Below, one piece after another: positions 18,988-29,052 of a stretch of 64,000 nucleotides of DNA. The stretch covers positions 340,813-404,812 of the forward strand of contig CAZSDS010000001.1 in assembly GCA_964605735.1 (NCBI GenBank). The letters are read 5' to 3'. Source of the DNA: an uncultured Candidatus Saccharibacteria bacterium. Lineage in GTDB: Bacteria > Patescibacteriota > Doudnabacteria > UBA920 > O2-02-FULL-48-8. Position 1 is the stretch's first letter. Each line of letters starts with the position of its first letter. The notes beneath the pieces are model-generated. The model searched no databases. It saw only the letters and a program-made list of their open reading frames with translations, and was not told where the DNA came from. Made by a program: the position numbers and the translations under genes.

Positions 18988-20286
18988 TTAAAATTCCTCG
19001 TAATCTCGCATGACCATTTGCGCCTGGGTTTGTTTGATGACCTCAATCACCACAGAAACCACAATCAGCAAACTGGTTCCGCCCAAAGTCAGAGCCTGCG
19101 TTTTGGTGAAATACTGGACGATGTAAGGGAGGACGGCAACTAACCCCAAGAATACGGCGCCAGCCAATGTGATTCGATTCAGAACTTTGTACAGGAACTC
19201 TGCGGTCTGACGGCCTGGGCGCAAACCTGGCACAAATCCGCCCTGCTTTTGCACATTATCCGCAATCTCATCAGGGTTGAAGACAATTGCAGTGTAGAAG
19301 TATGTGAAAGCGACCACCAAAATGAAGTACATGATGCCGTAGTAAGTCTGGTTCTGGAAGAAGACGTTTATGTCCTGAGCGGCATTCGCAATCCATGGAG
19401 TCTTGGCTTGTGAGAAAAAATTTGCGATCAATCCAGGGAAAAGCAAAATGGAAATTGCAAAGATGATTGGAATAACGCCGGCCTGGTTAATGCGCAATGG
19501 TAAGTGAGTGTTCACACCTCCATACATTTTGTTGCCGCGCACTCGTTTGGCGTATGACACTGGAATATTGCGCTGGGCTTCCGTAATCAGGACAATGCCG
19601 GCAATCACCAGCAGGGACGCAATCAGGAAGCCAATTACCATACCAAGGCTCTGGCCGGCAATCTGCCCGGAGGCATCCGTTATGCTGGTCCAGATCTGCT
19701 GGCCGTACTGAGGCAGCTGCGCCACAATACCTGCAAAAATTATCAATGAAATTCCGTTGCCGAGTTTGTATTCTGTAATCAATTCACCAATCCACATCAG
19801 GAGCATGGTGCCAGCGGTGACTGACAGCAATGTCACGAACCACTGGAAAGGCGTGAAATCAAGGACAATGCCTGACCCAGAAGTTCTGGAAAGCAGAATG
19901 ATTGTTCCGTAAGCCTGAATTGCAGCCAAAGGCACAGTCAGGACGCGCATGTACTGGTTGATTTTAGCCCTGCCAGCTTCCCCACCCTCTTTCTGCAGTT
20001 CACCCAATTTAGGAATGATGATTGTTAAAAGCTGCATGATAATGGACGCGGTAATATAAGGACCAACACCAAGCATTGCTACGGAAAAATTGCTCAACGC
20101 GCCACCAGAAAAAATGTTATACAACCCAAAAAGCTGGTTGCTGTTTAACAAAGCCTGCAAGTTTCCAACTTCCAGGCCTGGGATAGGCACGTGAGCCAGA
20201 ATTCTGGTGACAACCAGAAGCATGGCAACAATAAAAATCTTATTGCGAAGCTCCTTTACTTTCCAGATTTGAGCTAAACGTGACAT
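18988..20286 (-). CDS. secY: preprotein translocase SecY
   Basis: LGVGPYITASII, GNGISLIIFAG, PGLRPG and GGTSLLIVV motifs. Confidence 0.98.
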   Translation of the reverse strand: MSRLAQIWKVKELRNKIFIVAMLLVVTRILAHVPIPGLEVGNLQALLNSNQLFGLYNIFSGGALSNFSVAMLGVGPYITASIIMQLLTIIIPKLGELQKEGGEAGRAKINQYMRVLTVPLAAIQAYGTIILLSRTSGSGIVLDFTPFQWFVTLLSVTAGTMLLMWIGELITEYKLGNGISLIIFAGIVAQLPQYGQQIWTSITDASGQIAGQSLGMVIGFLIASLLVIAGIVLITEAQRNIPVSYAKRVRGNKMYGGVNTHLPLRINQAGVIPIIFAISILLFPGLIANFFSQAKTPWIANAAQDINVFFQNQTYYGIMYFILVVAFTYFYTAIVFNPDEIADNVQKQGGFVPGLRPGRQTAEFLYKVLNRITLAGAVFLGLVAVLPYIVQYFTKTQALTLGGTSLLIVVSVVIEVIKQTQAQMVMRDYEEF

Positions 20287-20307
20287 ATGTATTGATTTAA
20301 ATTTAAA

Positions 20308-20790
20308 TTAAGCTTTTTTTACTTCAGTTGCAGGTTGGGAAGCCGCAGGTTCGGAGATTTTTCCGCCAGCTTTTTCAATCTTCTCGCGTGCCTGCAGAGA
20401 TACTTCAATCTTTTCAAAAGTGAAGGATTTTTTGGTTTCACCAATGCCCAAAACTTTTACCGGAGCAAAGGCTGACTTAATCAAGCCTTTGTTAAGCAAA
20501 GTCTTTGGGTTAATTGTAGCACCTGATTCGAATTTTTCGGAAATGGTCTTGAGGTTAACTGACTGGGCTTTTGGAGCCAGGCTCTTGAAACCGCGCTTTT
20601 TTGGCAACTGGCGGTGAAGCGGCATGTTTCCGCCTTCAAAGCCGACAGGGATTTTGCCGCCGGAGCGGGCCTTTTGCCCTTTGGCGCCCTTCCCGGAAAA
20701 AGTTCCATGGCCAGAGCCAACACCGCGTCCGACAACTTTGCGGCGCTTGGTTGCTCCTTTATATGGTCTGAGTGTAGAAAGTTTTAACAT
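20308..20790 (-). CDS. rplO: 50S ribosomal protein L15
   Basis: GRGVGSGHG, GQKARSG and FEGGNMPL motifs. Confidence 0.97.
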   Translation of the reverse strand: MLKLSTLRPYKGATKRRKVVGRGVGSGHGTFSGKGAKGQKARSGGKIPVGFEGGNMPLHRQLPKKRGFKSLAPKAQSVNLKTISEKFESGATINPKTLLNKGLIKSAFAPVKVLGIGETKKSFTFEKIEVSLQAREKIEKAGGKISEPAASQPATEVKKA

Positions 20791-20794
20791 AGGA

Positions 20795-21343
20795 TTAAGC
20801 TGCTACTTTCTGAGCTGCTGGCTTTGTTGCGGCCTGAGCTCGCGGCTTCATTTTGGACAATGCCATGTAAGTAGCCATGACGTTATTGATCTTGTTTGAA
20901 GAGCCGATCATCTTTGAAAGCACATTCTTCACGCCAACCATATCCAACACTTGTCGGATGGCGCCGCCGGCAATAACACCTGTACCCGGCTTAGCTGGCT
21001 TCAAGAATACGGTGGCAGATTTAAACTTAAGCTTGATCTCGTGAGGAATGGTGTCGTTTACCAATGGAACGGTAATCATATTCTTTTTAGCTGTGTTGAC
21101 GGCTTTGTTCATTGCTTCTGAGACGTCTCCGCCTTTGCGCACGCCAATACCGACCCGGCCTTTCTTGTCGCCGATCACAACCAAAGCACGGAATCGCATT
21201 CGCTTACCACCGCCGGTCACGCGAGTAACGCGTGCAACTTCAATGGTCTTCTGTTCGAATTCCCTTTTGCCTTGTTCGCCGCGTCCGCCTGGTCGGCGTC
21301 CGCGTCTTTGTCCATGTTGTCCTGTTTGTCCTTGAGGTCTCAT
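20795..21343 (-). CDS. rpsE: 30S ribosomal protein S5
   Basis: RVTRVTGGGKRMRF and GTGVIAGG motifs. Confidence 0.97.
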   Translation of the reverse strand: MRPQGQTGQHGQRRGRRPGGRGEQGKREFEQKTIEVARVTRVTGGGKRMRFRALVVIGDKKGRVGIGVRKGGDVSEAMNKAVNTAKKNMITVPLVNDTIPHEIKLKFKSATVFLKPAKPGTGVIAGGAIRQVLDMVGVKNVLSKMIGSSNKINNVMATYMALSKMKPRAQAATKPAAQKVAA

Positions 21344-21352
21344 AAGATTTCC

Positions 21353-21700
21353 TTAAAACTTCAATCCGGCTTCGCGTGCTGCGTCAGCCAAACTCTTAAT
21401 GCGGCCGTGATAGCGGTTGCCTCCTCGATCAAAGACAACTTCAGTAATGCCAGCTGATTTCGCTTTTTCTGCAGCCAACTTGCCCACTTGTGCGGCAATG
21501 TCGGTTTTCTTGGCTTTGGCAGACAGTTCTTTTGAAGAAGCTGAAGCCAAAGTCTTTCCGGCCTGGTCATCAATCATCTGTACGTAAATATGGTTGGTGG
21601 ATCGGAAAACGCTCATGCGAGGACGGTCCTTGGTGCCGCTAACTGTCGCACGGATGCGGTTGCGGCGCAAAGCTTTCAACTGAGTCTTGTTGGTTCTCAT
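21353..21700 (-). CDS. rplR: 50S ribosomal protein L18
   Basis: RPRMSVFRS and VFDRGG..YHGR motifs. Confidence 0.97.
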   Translation of the reverse strand: MRTNKTQLKALRRNRIRATVSGTKDRPRMSVFRSTNHIYVQMIDDQAGKTLASASSKELSAKAKKTDIAAQVGKLAAEKAKSAGITEVVFDRGGNRYHGRIKSLADAAREAGLKF

Positions 21701-21701
21701 A

Positions 21702-22256
21702 TTACTTGCCTCCTCCCACAGCCTTCACTACCTTACCTGCCTTGCGGCGGATGGTTTCATCGCTGTACTTAATGCCTTTGCCTTTGTATGGCTCCGGTGG
21801 TCTCTGCTCGCGAACAACAGCCGCAAACTGGCCAACCATCTGCCTGTCGAATCCAGAAATAGTAATAGTGTTCTTTTCAACTTTTACTTCCAGTCCTTTA
21901 GGGATTTCCATTTCAACCGGGTGGGAGTAACCCAGGTTCAAAACAAGTTTTGTTCCCTGAACCGCTGCCTTATAACCTACTCCGTTGACTTCCAAAACTT
22001 TGGTAAAGCCATTTGTCACGCCAGTAACCATGTTATTGATCAAAGCGCGGAACAAACCCCAGAGCGCGCGTTCCTGTTTGTTGTCAGGGCGGGCAACGCT
22101 GACGGTGATTTCATTGTTCTCCAAAGCCACTTGGACTTTTGGATGCAATTCCAAAGACAGTTCGCCTTTAGCGCCTTTGATTTTCACCATATTCTCTTTG
22201 ACTTCGGCAGTGACTCCTGAAGGGAGTGTTACCGGCTTTTTACCTACGCGGCTCAT
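21702..22256 (-). CDS. rplF: 50S ribosomal protein L6
   Basis: MSRVGKKPV start and PEPYKGKG motif. Confidence 0.97.
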   Translation of the reverse strand: MSRVGKKPVTLPSGVTAEVKENMVKIKGAKGELSLELHPKVQVALENNEITVSVARPDNKQERALWGLFRALINNMVTGVTNGFTKVLEVNGVGYKAAVQGTKLVLNLGYSHPVEMEIPKGLEVKVEKNTITISGFDRQMVGQFAAVVREQRPPEPYKGKGIKYSDETIRRKAGKVVKAVGGGK

Positions 22257-22260
22257 AAAT

Positions 22261-22653
22261 TTACCAAATCTGGCAGATAATTTCGCCACCGACCTTTTGG
22301 GTGCGGGCGTTCTTATCTGTCATTAATCCTCTAGAAGTCGAGACAACAGTGATTCCAGCACCGCCTAAGGCGCGCGGAATTTCTGCGTTGCGGGTGTAGA
22401 TTCTTTGTCCTGGCTTGGAAATTCTCTTCAATCCGGTGATTGCTGGTTCGCCAGTTCCGTCATACTTTAAGCCAAGAACCAAAGTTTTCATGACGCCATC
22501 TTCCTTTACGTCAGCGCTCTTTAACCAGCCTTCGGCTACCAAAAGCTTGGCCAAGTTGTGCTTGAACTTTGAGTATGGCAAAGATACTTCCTGCTTCTTT
22601 ACCATCAGGGCGTTTCTGATTCTTGTTAACATGTCTGAAATTGTGTCAGTCAT
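22261..22653 (-). CDS. rpsH: 30S ribosomal protein S8
   Basis: MTDTISDMLTRIRNA, SKPGQRIY and GGEIIC motifs. Confidence 0.97.
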   Translation of the reverse strand: MTDTISDMLTRIRNALMVKKQEVSLPYSKFKHNLAKLLVAEGWLKSADVKEDGVMKTLVLGLKYDGTGEPAITGLKRISKPGQRIYTRNAEIPRALGGAGITVVSTSRGLMTDKNARTQKVGGEIICQIW

Positions 22654-22673
22654 AGTAGTGTCAAAATTCCTTC

Positions 22674-22868
22674 TTACCAAGAGGCCTTAGAAACTCCAGG
22701 GATCTCGCCGTTTGAGGCAAGCTCACGGAAGCAAATGCGGCACAGGTTAAAATCCCGCATGTATCCGCCCTTGCGTCCGCAACGCCAACAGCGGCGCACT
22801 ACGCGAGTGGAATACTTCGGTTTTGTTCTTGACCTGAGTGATTTAATTGTCTGTGCTTTTGTAGCCAT
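22674..22868 (-). CDS. rpsN: 30S ribosomal protein S14, zinc-binding type Z
   Basis: RCWRCGR...[19 protein letters not shown]. Confidence 0.96.
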   Translation of the reverse strand: MATKAQTIKSLRSRTKPKYSTRVVRRCWRCGRKGGYMRDFNLCRICFRELASNGEIPGVSKASW

Positions 22869-22875
22869 ATGTCTA

Positions 22876-23433
22876 TTAATTCTTCTTAAGTAACGCTTCT
22901 TGGAACGGGAATCCCATTGATCTGAGCAAGCTTTCGGCCTGCTTGTCATCACGGGCGGAAGTCTGAATGTTGATCTCGAATCCGAATGTGTGCTCTAAGT
23001 GCTCTCGAGATGTTTCCGGGAAAACAATCTGCTCTTTTATGCCAAGGCTGTAATTGCCGTGTCCGTCAAAACTCTTGGGGCTGATACCTTTGAAGTCTCG
23101 GACACGCGGCAATGCGACTCTAATCAGCTTTTCGAGGAAGTCATACATGCGCTGGCCGCGGAGCGTAACCATCAGACCGACCACCTGGTTTTCTCTGATC
23201 TTAAAGCCCGCAATGGACTTCTTGGCCAGGGTCTTAACAGGGGCTTGTCCGGTGATTTTCCGCAAATCTTCGATGATTGCATCCAACAGTTTCTGGTCCT
23301 TCAGGGTTCTGCCGACACCGACGTTCACCACAACTTTCTCAACTTTCGGTATAGCCATCTTATTCTTGATGCCCAGATTCTTGCTCAGTTCCTGGACAGT
23401 CTTTTCTTTGTAATGGGTTCTTAAGCTTGTCAT
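22876..23433 (-). CDS. rplE: 50S ribosomal protein L5
   Basis: [15 protein letters not shown] and LPRVRDFKG motifs. Confidence 0.97.
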   Translation of the reverse strand: MTSLRTHYKEKTVQELSKNLGIKNKMAIPKVEKVVVNVGVGRTLKDQKLLDAIIEDLRKITGQAPVKTLAKKSIAGFKIRENQVVGLMVTLRGQRMYDFLEKLIRVALPRVRDFKGISPKSFDGHGNYSLGIKEQIVFPETSREHLEHTFGFEINIQTSARDDKQAESLLRSMGFPFQEALLKKN

Positions 23434-23438
23434 ATAGT

Positions 23439-23765
23439 TTACTTGATGGTTTTACCACACTTCTTGCATTTGCGGAATTTGCCGGAGTCAGTGACTTCGT
23501 GGCCTACGCGGGTAGGCTTGCCGCAATTAGGGCAGATCAGGACAATTTTTGATGCCGGCATGCCGGCTGGCACTTCCATGCGCTGGCCCTTTTCGCCCTG
23601 CTTCTTTGGTTTGGAGTATCGGACGTGCAAATTCAAGCCTTCGGCTACAACTCGGTTGGATTCAGGAAGAACCTGCAATACTTTGCCTGTCTTTCCTTTG
23701 TCCTTTCCGGCCAAAACCTTGACCTCGTCGCCCTTCTTGATATTCATGCTAAATCTGGTCTTCAT
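23439..23765 (-). CDS. rplX: 50S ribosomal protein L24
   Basis: IKKGDEVKVLAGKDKGKTG and CPNC...CKKC motifs; start may be 23747. Confidence 0.96.
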   Translation of the reverse strand: MKTRFSMNIKKGDEVKVLAGKDKGKTGKVLQVLPESNRVVAEGLNLHVRYSKPKKQGEKGQRMEVPAGMPASKIVLICPNCGKPTRVGHEVTDSGKFRKCKKCGKTIK

Positions 23766-23766
23766 A

Positions 23767-24138
23767 TTAGATCACTTCCTCAGCCAATGAAATAATTTTA
23801 GTGTAACCAAGCTCACGCAATTCTCGCGGAATTGGTCCGAAAATGCGGGTGCCGCGTGGTTCCGGAGAGTCTTTGGTCACCAATACTGCTGCGTTGTCGT
23901 CAAATCTGATATATGATCCGTCTTGTCGCCTGGTTTCTTTGCGGGTGCGGACAATAACTGCATAAACCTTATCACCCTTCTTCACCTGGCCTTTTGGGCT
24001 GGCTACTTTCACAGAAGCGACAATAACATCACCAATTCTTGCAAATCGTCTCTTGTTTTTTCCGTTCACGCTGAAAGAGGCAATTTCCTTTGCTCCGGTG
24101 TTGTCTGCAACTTTTAGACGGCTTCTTACTTGGATCAT
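23767..24138 (-). CDS. rplN: 50S ribosomal protein L14
   Basis: [15 protein letters not shown] and GTRIFGP motifs. Confidence 0.97.
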   Translation of the reverse strand: MIQVRSRLKVADNTGAKEIASFSVNGKNKRRFARIGDVIVASVKVASPKGQVKKGDKVYAVIVRTRKETRRQDGSYIRFDDNAAVLVTKDSPEPRGTRIFGPIPRELRELGYTKIISLAEEVI

Positions 24139-24163
24139 ATACTTATAAACTTACAAAAATTAA

Positions 24164-24430
24164 TTAAACTTTGCGGGTAACTACCCAATTCTTGGTCTTG
24201 CTGATCGGCTTGGATTGCATAATCTCAACCTTGTCGCCAATCTGGTATGTAGCGCCAGCAGTGTCTGCGGCGTACTTTTTGGAGGTGCGATAGCGCTTCT
24301 GGTACTTAGGGTGGACCTTAATGGTGTCCACTTTGACGATAACTGTGTTCGTCATCTTGTTGGAAGCTACCTGCCCTACCAGCGTCAGGCCTGATTTTTG
24401 CACAGCCTTTTCTTCAATTTTTTCTGGCAT
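24164..24430 (-). CDS. rpsQ: 30S ribosomal protein S17
   Basis: KMTNTVIV, HPKYQK and PISKTK motifs. Confidence 0.95.
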   Translation of the reverse strand: MPEKIEEKAVQKSGLTLVGQVASNKMTNTVIVKVDTIKVHPKYQKRYRTSKKYAADTAGATYQIGDKVEIMQSKPISKTKNWVVTRKV

Positions 24431-24431
24431 A

Positions 24432-24614
24432 TTATTTGGCGTTAAGGACGGTTAAGATTCTTGCAATGTCTTTCTTGATGGAAGTCAAAACGTGGTTGTT
24501 CTTCACTTCTCGCGAATGGATCTTGAACTGCATGTCTCGGACTTGTTCTCTCAGGGCAGCCAATGTCTTCTTCATCTCAGCTTCACTCATTTTCTTGATT
24601 TCTTCGATCTTCAT
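24432..24614 (-). CDS. rpmC: 50S ribosomal protein L29
   Basis: KKDIARILT motif; canonical position. Confidence 0.93.
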   Translation of the reverse strand: MKIEEIKKMSEAEMKKTLAALREQVRDMQFKIHSREVKNNHVLTSIKKDIARILTVLNAK

Positions 24615-24615
24615 A

Positions 24616-25029
24616 TTAGTTCTGCTCCTTTGAGATAAAGCGTGACTTTACTGGAAGTTTATGTGAGGCCAATCGCATTGCTTCCTGAGCCTGTGCGTAA
24701 GTAACGCCATCCATTTCAAACATGATGCGTCCCTTCTGCACTACGGCCACGAAGTGGTCTACTGCACCCTTACCGCTACCCATTGGGGATTCGTTGCCGT
24801 GGGAGGTTACGGATTTGTCAGGGAAAATTCTGATCCAAACTTTGCCGCCGCGCTGGATATAGCGGGTCATGGCGCGTCGGGCGGCTTCAATCTGGCGGCT
24901 GGTTACCCAGCTGTTTTCCATTGCCTTTAAAGCGAATGATCCGAAGGCAATTGAGTTGCCGGCCATTGCTTTCCCCTTGGACCTTCCTCGGTGGTGCTTG
25001 CGATGTTTAACTTTCTTTGGAATCAACAT
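24616..25029 (-). CDS. rplP: 50S ribosomal protein L16
   Basis: [15 protein letters not shown] and MGSGKG motifs. Confidence 0.97.
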   Translation of the reverse strand: MLIPKKVKHRKHHRGRSKGKAMAGNSIAFGSFALKAMENSWVTSRQIEAARRAMTRYIQRGGKVWIRIFPDKSVTSHGNESPMGSGKGAVDHFVAVVQKGRIMFEMDGVTYAQAQEAMRLASHKLPVKSRFISKEQN

Positions 25030-25048
25030 AAACGTCTAATTAACTTAA

Positions 25049-25717
25049 TTAAATCTTGAGCTTTTGCTTGGTACCCTCAAACACTTCACCTTTATTGATC
25101 CAGACCTTGATGCCGATTGTACCATAAGTGGTAAAGGCAGTGGTTCTGGCAAAATCAATGTTGGCGCGCAAAGTATGGAGAGGGAGCTTGCCTTTGAACA
25201 ATCTTTCTGTTCTTGCAATTTCAGCGCCGCCGAGTCTGCCTGCCATTTCAATCTTCACGCCTACTGCACCGGCTTCCATGACTTTTTCGATCGCCTGCTT
25301 CATGGCGCGGCGGAAAGCAATACGCTTTTCAATCTGGTCTGCAATATCCTGGGCAATCACCTGGGCCTGGAGGCTGACATCTTTTACGTCTTCGATGTTC
25401 AGTTTGATGTCGCGCTTGCTTTTCTTGTCAAAGCCGAGATGCTTGAAAATCTTTTTCTTCAACTCTTCAATGCCATTGCCGCCTTTTCCAATGATCATGC
25501 CTGGTTTGGTGGTCTTGATGTTGATCACAGTACTGTTGGCGGTTCGCTCAATGTCGATTCTAACCAACCCTGCTTTCTTCAATTCGTTCATCAAGAAAGC
25601 GCGGATGGTTGCGTCTTCCTGGAGGTTCTGAGCGTAACCAGTTTTAACCAGCCACTTGGATTTCCAAGTGTCAGTGATTGTCAATCTTAAGCTGTTGGCA
25701 TTGATCTTCTGACCCAT
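25049..25717 (-). CDS. rpsC: 30S ribosomal protein S3
   Basis: [16 protein letters not shown] and PLHTLRA motifs. Confidence 0.97.
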   Translation of the reverse strand: MGQKINANSLRLTITDTWKSKWLVKTGYAQNLQEDATIRAFLMNELKKAGLVRIDIERTANSTVINIKTTKPGMIIGKGGNGIEELKKKIFKHLGFDKKSKRDIKLNIEDVKDVSLQAQVIAQDIADQIEKRIAFRRAMKQAIEKVMEAGAVGVKIEMAGRLGGAEIARTERLFKGKLPLHTLRANIDFARTTAFTTYGTIGIKVWINKGEVFEGTKQKLKI

Positions 25718-25741
25718 ATATGTTCCGTTAAATTAAGTGTC

Positions 25742-26320
25742 TTATTCTCCGCTCTTGCGGTTAAACAAACGTCTCTTTAATGTGCTTGTCTGCTTCTTGA
25801 TCTTTTCTTCAGATTTAGGAGCAACTCTTGGCGCAGCATCGTTCTTTATGTCCACTTTGCCTTCCTGAACTTCGTTCTTGGCTGCCTTGGCTTCTGCTTT
25901 GGACTTATCCTGTTCTGCGGTTCGGGCAAAGATGGTTCGGGTTTTCTTTGACTTTGTCTTAGGCTTTGACTCAAGGATGATGTTAATGTGGCTCATGCGC
26001 TTGCGGATGATGAAACCCTGGCCTTGCGCGCGTGGGAACATTCTTTTCATCACTGGTCCGCCGTCTATAGTCACAGCCTTGACCACCAAGTCTTCCTTTT
26101 TCATATCATGATTATGGACTGCGTTTGCGATTGCTGAATTCAATACTTTGGTCATTGGCAAAGCTGCTGACTTGGAGCTGAATCGAAGCTGCTCTAATGC
26201 AACATCAACACGCGCCTTTCTGATCAGGTCTGCTACCAGTCTCAGCTTTCTTGGAGATACGTGAATGTATCTGGCGAATGCTTTGACTTCTATAGGTTTT
26301 TGGGATGCTTGCTTTGCCAT
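25742..26320 (-). CDS. rplV: 50S ribosomal protein L22 with long C-terminal extension
   Basis: SPRKLRLVAD, SAIANA and PRAQG motifs; about 75-aa basic tail. Confidence 0.95.
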   Translation of the reverse strand: MAKQASQKPIEVKAFARYIHVSPRKLRLVADLIRKARVDVALEQLRFSSKSAALPMTKVLNSAIANAVHNHDMKKEDLVVKAVTIDGGPVMKRMFPRAQGQGFIIRKRMSHINIILESKPKTKSKKTRTIFARTAEQDKSKAEAKAAKNEVQEGKVDIKNDAAPRVAPKSEEKIKKQTSTLKRRLFNRKSGE

Positions 26321-26344
26321 ACTAGTAGTTAATCAAAATTACTG

Positions 26345-26647
26345 TTATTTAGCTGATGCCGGAGCGGCTGGCTTGGCTTCTTCTTTGGCCATCTTGCCGC
26401 CGTGGCGGATGAACTTGCGGGTTGGCGCAAATTCGCCGAGCTTGTGCCCAACCATGTTTTCTGAAACCAATACGGTTACAAAAGTTCTGCCATTGTGGAC
26501 ATCAAACTTCATGCCTACCATTTCAGGAAAAATCGTTGAGTCTCGAGACCAAGTCTTGATGACACTGCCGCTATTTGGTTTAGTCTTCTGGACTTTTTCC
26601 CAGAGCTTTGGGTCAACAAATGGACCCTTTTTAAGTGATCGTGACAT
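26345..26647 (-). CDS. rpsS: 30S ribosomal protein S19
   Basis: [10 protein letters not shown] and [11 protein letters not shown] motifs. Confidence 0.98.
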   Translation of the reverse strand: MSRSLKKGPFVDPKLWEKVQKTKPNSGSVIKTWSRDSTIFPEMVGMKFDVHNGRTFVTVLVSENMVGHKLGEFAPTRKFIRHGGKMAKEEAKPAAPASAK

Positions 26648-26648
26648 A

Positions 26649-27086
26649 TTATTTAGTAAACCTGAAGGTTGTTAAGATATTTTCTATTATTGCTGCTGAG
26701 GAATCTTGAGACTCAAAGGTGTATACAGAAGAATCGCTGCCCAAACTGTACATTATTTCGTTCTCCGTATCATACACTTTCACCTCATTACCGTTTATCG
26801 TAGTTGTTCTGGTTGGTGGTAACCCAGCAGTTTCTGGTCCAGAAACTATCAACGAAATTACGGTATTCCCATTTCTGTCTATGAAAGAAAATGTAGACGA
26901 TGCATCTGTTCTCACTTCCAAGTCGGTTGGATGTTGGAGTTTAAACCCATACTGGTCGTTAACATAGGTAATCACTTCAGATGTGGTCTGCTGAGTACCA
27001 GAAGTTTCCTGATTCGAAGCAGATTGTTGAGTACAAGCCGCAGCTACTAGAGAAATGCCAGCAATTAATAGTAGTATCTTTTTCAT
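26649..27086 (-). CDS. putative lipoprotein, PsbP-like, inserted between rplB and rpsS
   Basis: [18 protein letters not shown] lipobox-like signal; YGFKLQHP; ends ILTTFRF; 1-nt spacing on both sides. Confidence 0.8.
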   Translation of the reverse strand: MKKILLLIAGISLVAAACTQQSASNQETSGTQQTTSEVITYVNDQYGFKLQHPTDLEVRTDASSTFSFIDRNGNTVISLIVSGPETAGLPPTRTTTINGNEVKVYDTENEIMYSLGSDSSVYTFESQDSSAAIIENILTTFRFTK

Positions 27087-27087
27087 A

Positions 27088-27927
27088 TTACTTGCTTCGT
27101 CTCTTAACAATAAACTTTGCTGAACTCTTCTTTGGGTTGCGGGTTCTTACGCCTAACGCATGCTTGCCCCATGGAGTCTTCGGATACTTCAAACCGATTG
27201 GGTTATGTCCTTCACCACCGCCGTGCGGGTGATCCACCGGGTTCATGGCCTTACCTCTGACGGTTGGGCGAATACCCATGTGGCGGACTCGTCCAGCTTT
27301 TCCGATTCTGACATACATCCAGTCAACGTTTGATACTTGTCCGATGGTGGCGTAAGACTTTACCGGTACTCTGCGGATTTCGCCGGAAGGCATTTTCAGA
27401 AGCGCATAATCACCTTCCATGGATTGGATGATCGCGTAAGTTCCAGCTGATCTGGCAAACTGACCGCCTTTTCCGCCACCCAGGATTTCAATGTCATGGA
27501 TGTTGGTGCCGACTGGGATGTTTCTGATCATCATGCGGTTGCCTGGCTTGATTTCAGTTCGCTCTGCGGTCATTACCACTTGTCCGATTTTCATGCCATC
27601 CGGAGCCAAGATAAATCTTTTTTCTCCGTCTCTGTATGCAAGCAATGAAATGAAAGCGCTTCGTCCCGGATCATACTGCAAGGTCTGCACTTTGGCAGGG
27701 ATATTCATCTTGTCGAGTCTGCTGAAATCAATTGCTCGGAGTTTCTTGCGGTGGCCGCCGCCGATGTGGCGGACAGTAATTTTACCAGAGTGGTTTCGTC
27801 CGGCTGATTTCTTCTTTGACCTGATCAGCGCACGAGGAACTTTCACATCCGCCTTCAATCCTGAATAGTCGGTGACGGAGTGGATTCTGCGCCCTGCTGA
27901 AGTTGGTTTGTAAATCTTAATCGCCAT
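27088..27927 (-). CDS. rplB: 50S ribosomal protein L2
   Basis: YDPGRSA and AMNPVDHPHGGGEG motifs. Confidence 0.98.
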   Translation of the reverse strand: MAIKIYKPTSAGRRIHSVTDYSGLKADVKVPRALIRSKKKSAGRNHSGKITVRHIGGGHRKKLRAIDFSRLDKMNIPAKVQTLQYDPGRSAFISLLAYRDGEKRFILAPDGMKIGQVVMTAERTEIKPGNRMMIRNIPVGTNIHDIEILGGGKGGQFARSAGTYAIIQSMEGDYALLKMPSGEIRRVPVKSYATIGQVSNVDWMYVRIGKAGRVRHMGIRPTVRGKAMNPVDHPHGGGEGHNPIGLKYPKTPWGKHALGVRTRNPKKSSAKFIVKRRSK

Positions 27928-27928
27928 A

Positions 27929-28408
27929 TTATACTCCTTCGGCCAAACCGGAGATGGTCTCTCCTGCCTTTAAGGTCACAATTGCTTTCTTCCAGTCTGA
28001 AGTTCTGCCTGATGTGCGGCCGTATGCTCTGAACTTGCCTTTGGTGTTTACGATATTCACATCAGTGACATGAACATCATAAACGGATTCAATAGCCTTC
28101 CTGATTTCAATCTTATTGGCCTTGCGGTCAACTACAAATACGTATCTGCCTTGGGTGGAGAGCTGGTTGGATTTCTCTGACAAATGGTACTGCTTGAGCA
28201 CTCGGTGGGCGCGGCCGGTATCATCCTTAAGCTGGGCAGGAGCGCTCTCTGTCTTCTTGCCTTCTTTGGCCATGTTCAAGACATCGTCGTTCTTTCCACT
28301 TGGGGTGGATCCGCCCTTGGCGGACTTTGCGACTTTCTTTGTGGTCTTGTTCTTGTTAGCACCAGCCTCTGGCTGGGCTTTGCCGGTGATTTTGTCGAGT
28401 AATCCCAT
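27929..28408 (-). CDS. rplW: 50S ribosomal protein L23 with about 65-aa N-terminal extension
   Basis: SEKS, YVFVV, ANKIEIRKA and WKKAIVTL motifs. Confidence 0.93.
   Translation of the reverse strand: MGLLDKITGKAQPEAGANKNKTTKKVAKSAKGGSTPSGKNDDVLNMAKEGKKTESAPAQLKDDTGRAHRVLKQYHLSEKSNQLSTQGRYVFVVDRKANKIEIRKAIESVYDVHVTDVNIVNTKGKFRAYGRTSGRTSDWKKAIVTLKAGETISGLAEGV
28295..28324. repeat. REP-like double palindrome in-frame within rplW
   Basis: tccac-ttggg-gtgga followed by tccgcc-ctt-ggcgga; encodes SAKGGSTPSG. Confidence 0.6.
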
Positions 28409-28409
28409 A

Positions 28410-29051
28410 TTATTTCTTTAAATAAGTCTTTTCAATTACTTCCAACGCATCTTTTGTAACAATGACGTCGTTCTTAAGCAGGTCAATTACGTTCAATCGG
28501 TTGGCTGGCAATACGGTAACGTTCGGCAGGTTCTTGGCCACTCTTTCAATGCCGGCGTCGTGCTTGGCCAAAATCAAAACATAATTTTTGTCCAAACCTG
28601 ACTTGCCTGCAAAAGCTTTCAACTTGCTGGCCAAATCCTTAGTCTTTTCAACGCCTTCAATCTTATCCAGTACGGCAACTTTCTTGTTGTTCAGCTTGTC
28701 AGTCAAAACAGTAAACAAAGCCTTGCGGAATGCGCTGCGGTTCATCTTGATGGACCAGTTCCTGGTGTTGCGCGGACCGAAAGTGACTCCGCCGCCCTTC
28801 CACAATGGAGAACGGATGGAACCTGCTCGGGCGCGGCCTGTGCCTTTTTGCTTCCAAGGCTTTTTGCCGGAACCGGACACTTCACCGCGGTACTTGGTGT
28901 GGGCAATTGAACTGCGAGCGTTACTGAGCTGTGTGCGAACTGCCTGGTGCACCAAATTTGCGTCGATTTCTTCCACTCCGAAAATTCTGGAATTCAAATC
29001 CACTTCTGAAACTTTGTCGCCCGCTGTATTGTATACTACTGCCTTTGCCAT
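28410..29051 (-). CDS. rplD: 50S ribosomal protein L4
   Basis: KPWKQKGTGRARAGS and GGGVTFGP motifs. Confidence 0.97.
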   Translation of the reverse strand: MAKAVVYNTAGDKVSEVDLNSRIFGVEEIDANLVHQAVRTQLSNARSSIAHTKYRGEVSGSGKKPWKQKGTGRARAGSIRSPLWKGGGVTFGPRNTRNWSIKMNRSAFRKALFTVLTDKLNNKKVAVLDKIEGVEKTKDLASKLKAFAGKSGLDKNYVLILAKHDAGIERVAKNLPNVTVLPANRLNVIDLLKNDVIVTKDALEVIEKTYLKK

Positions 29052-29052
29052 A

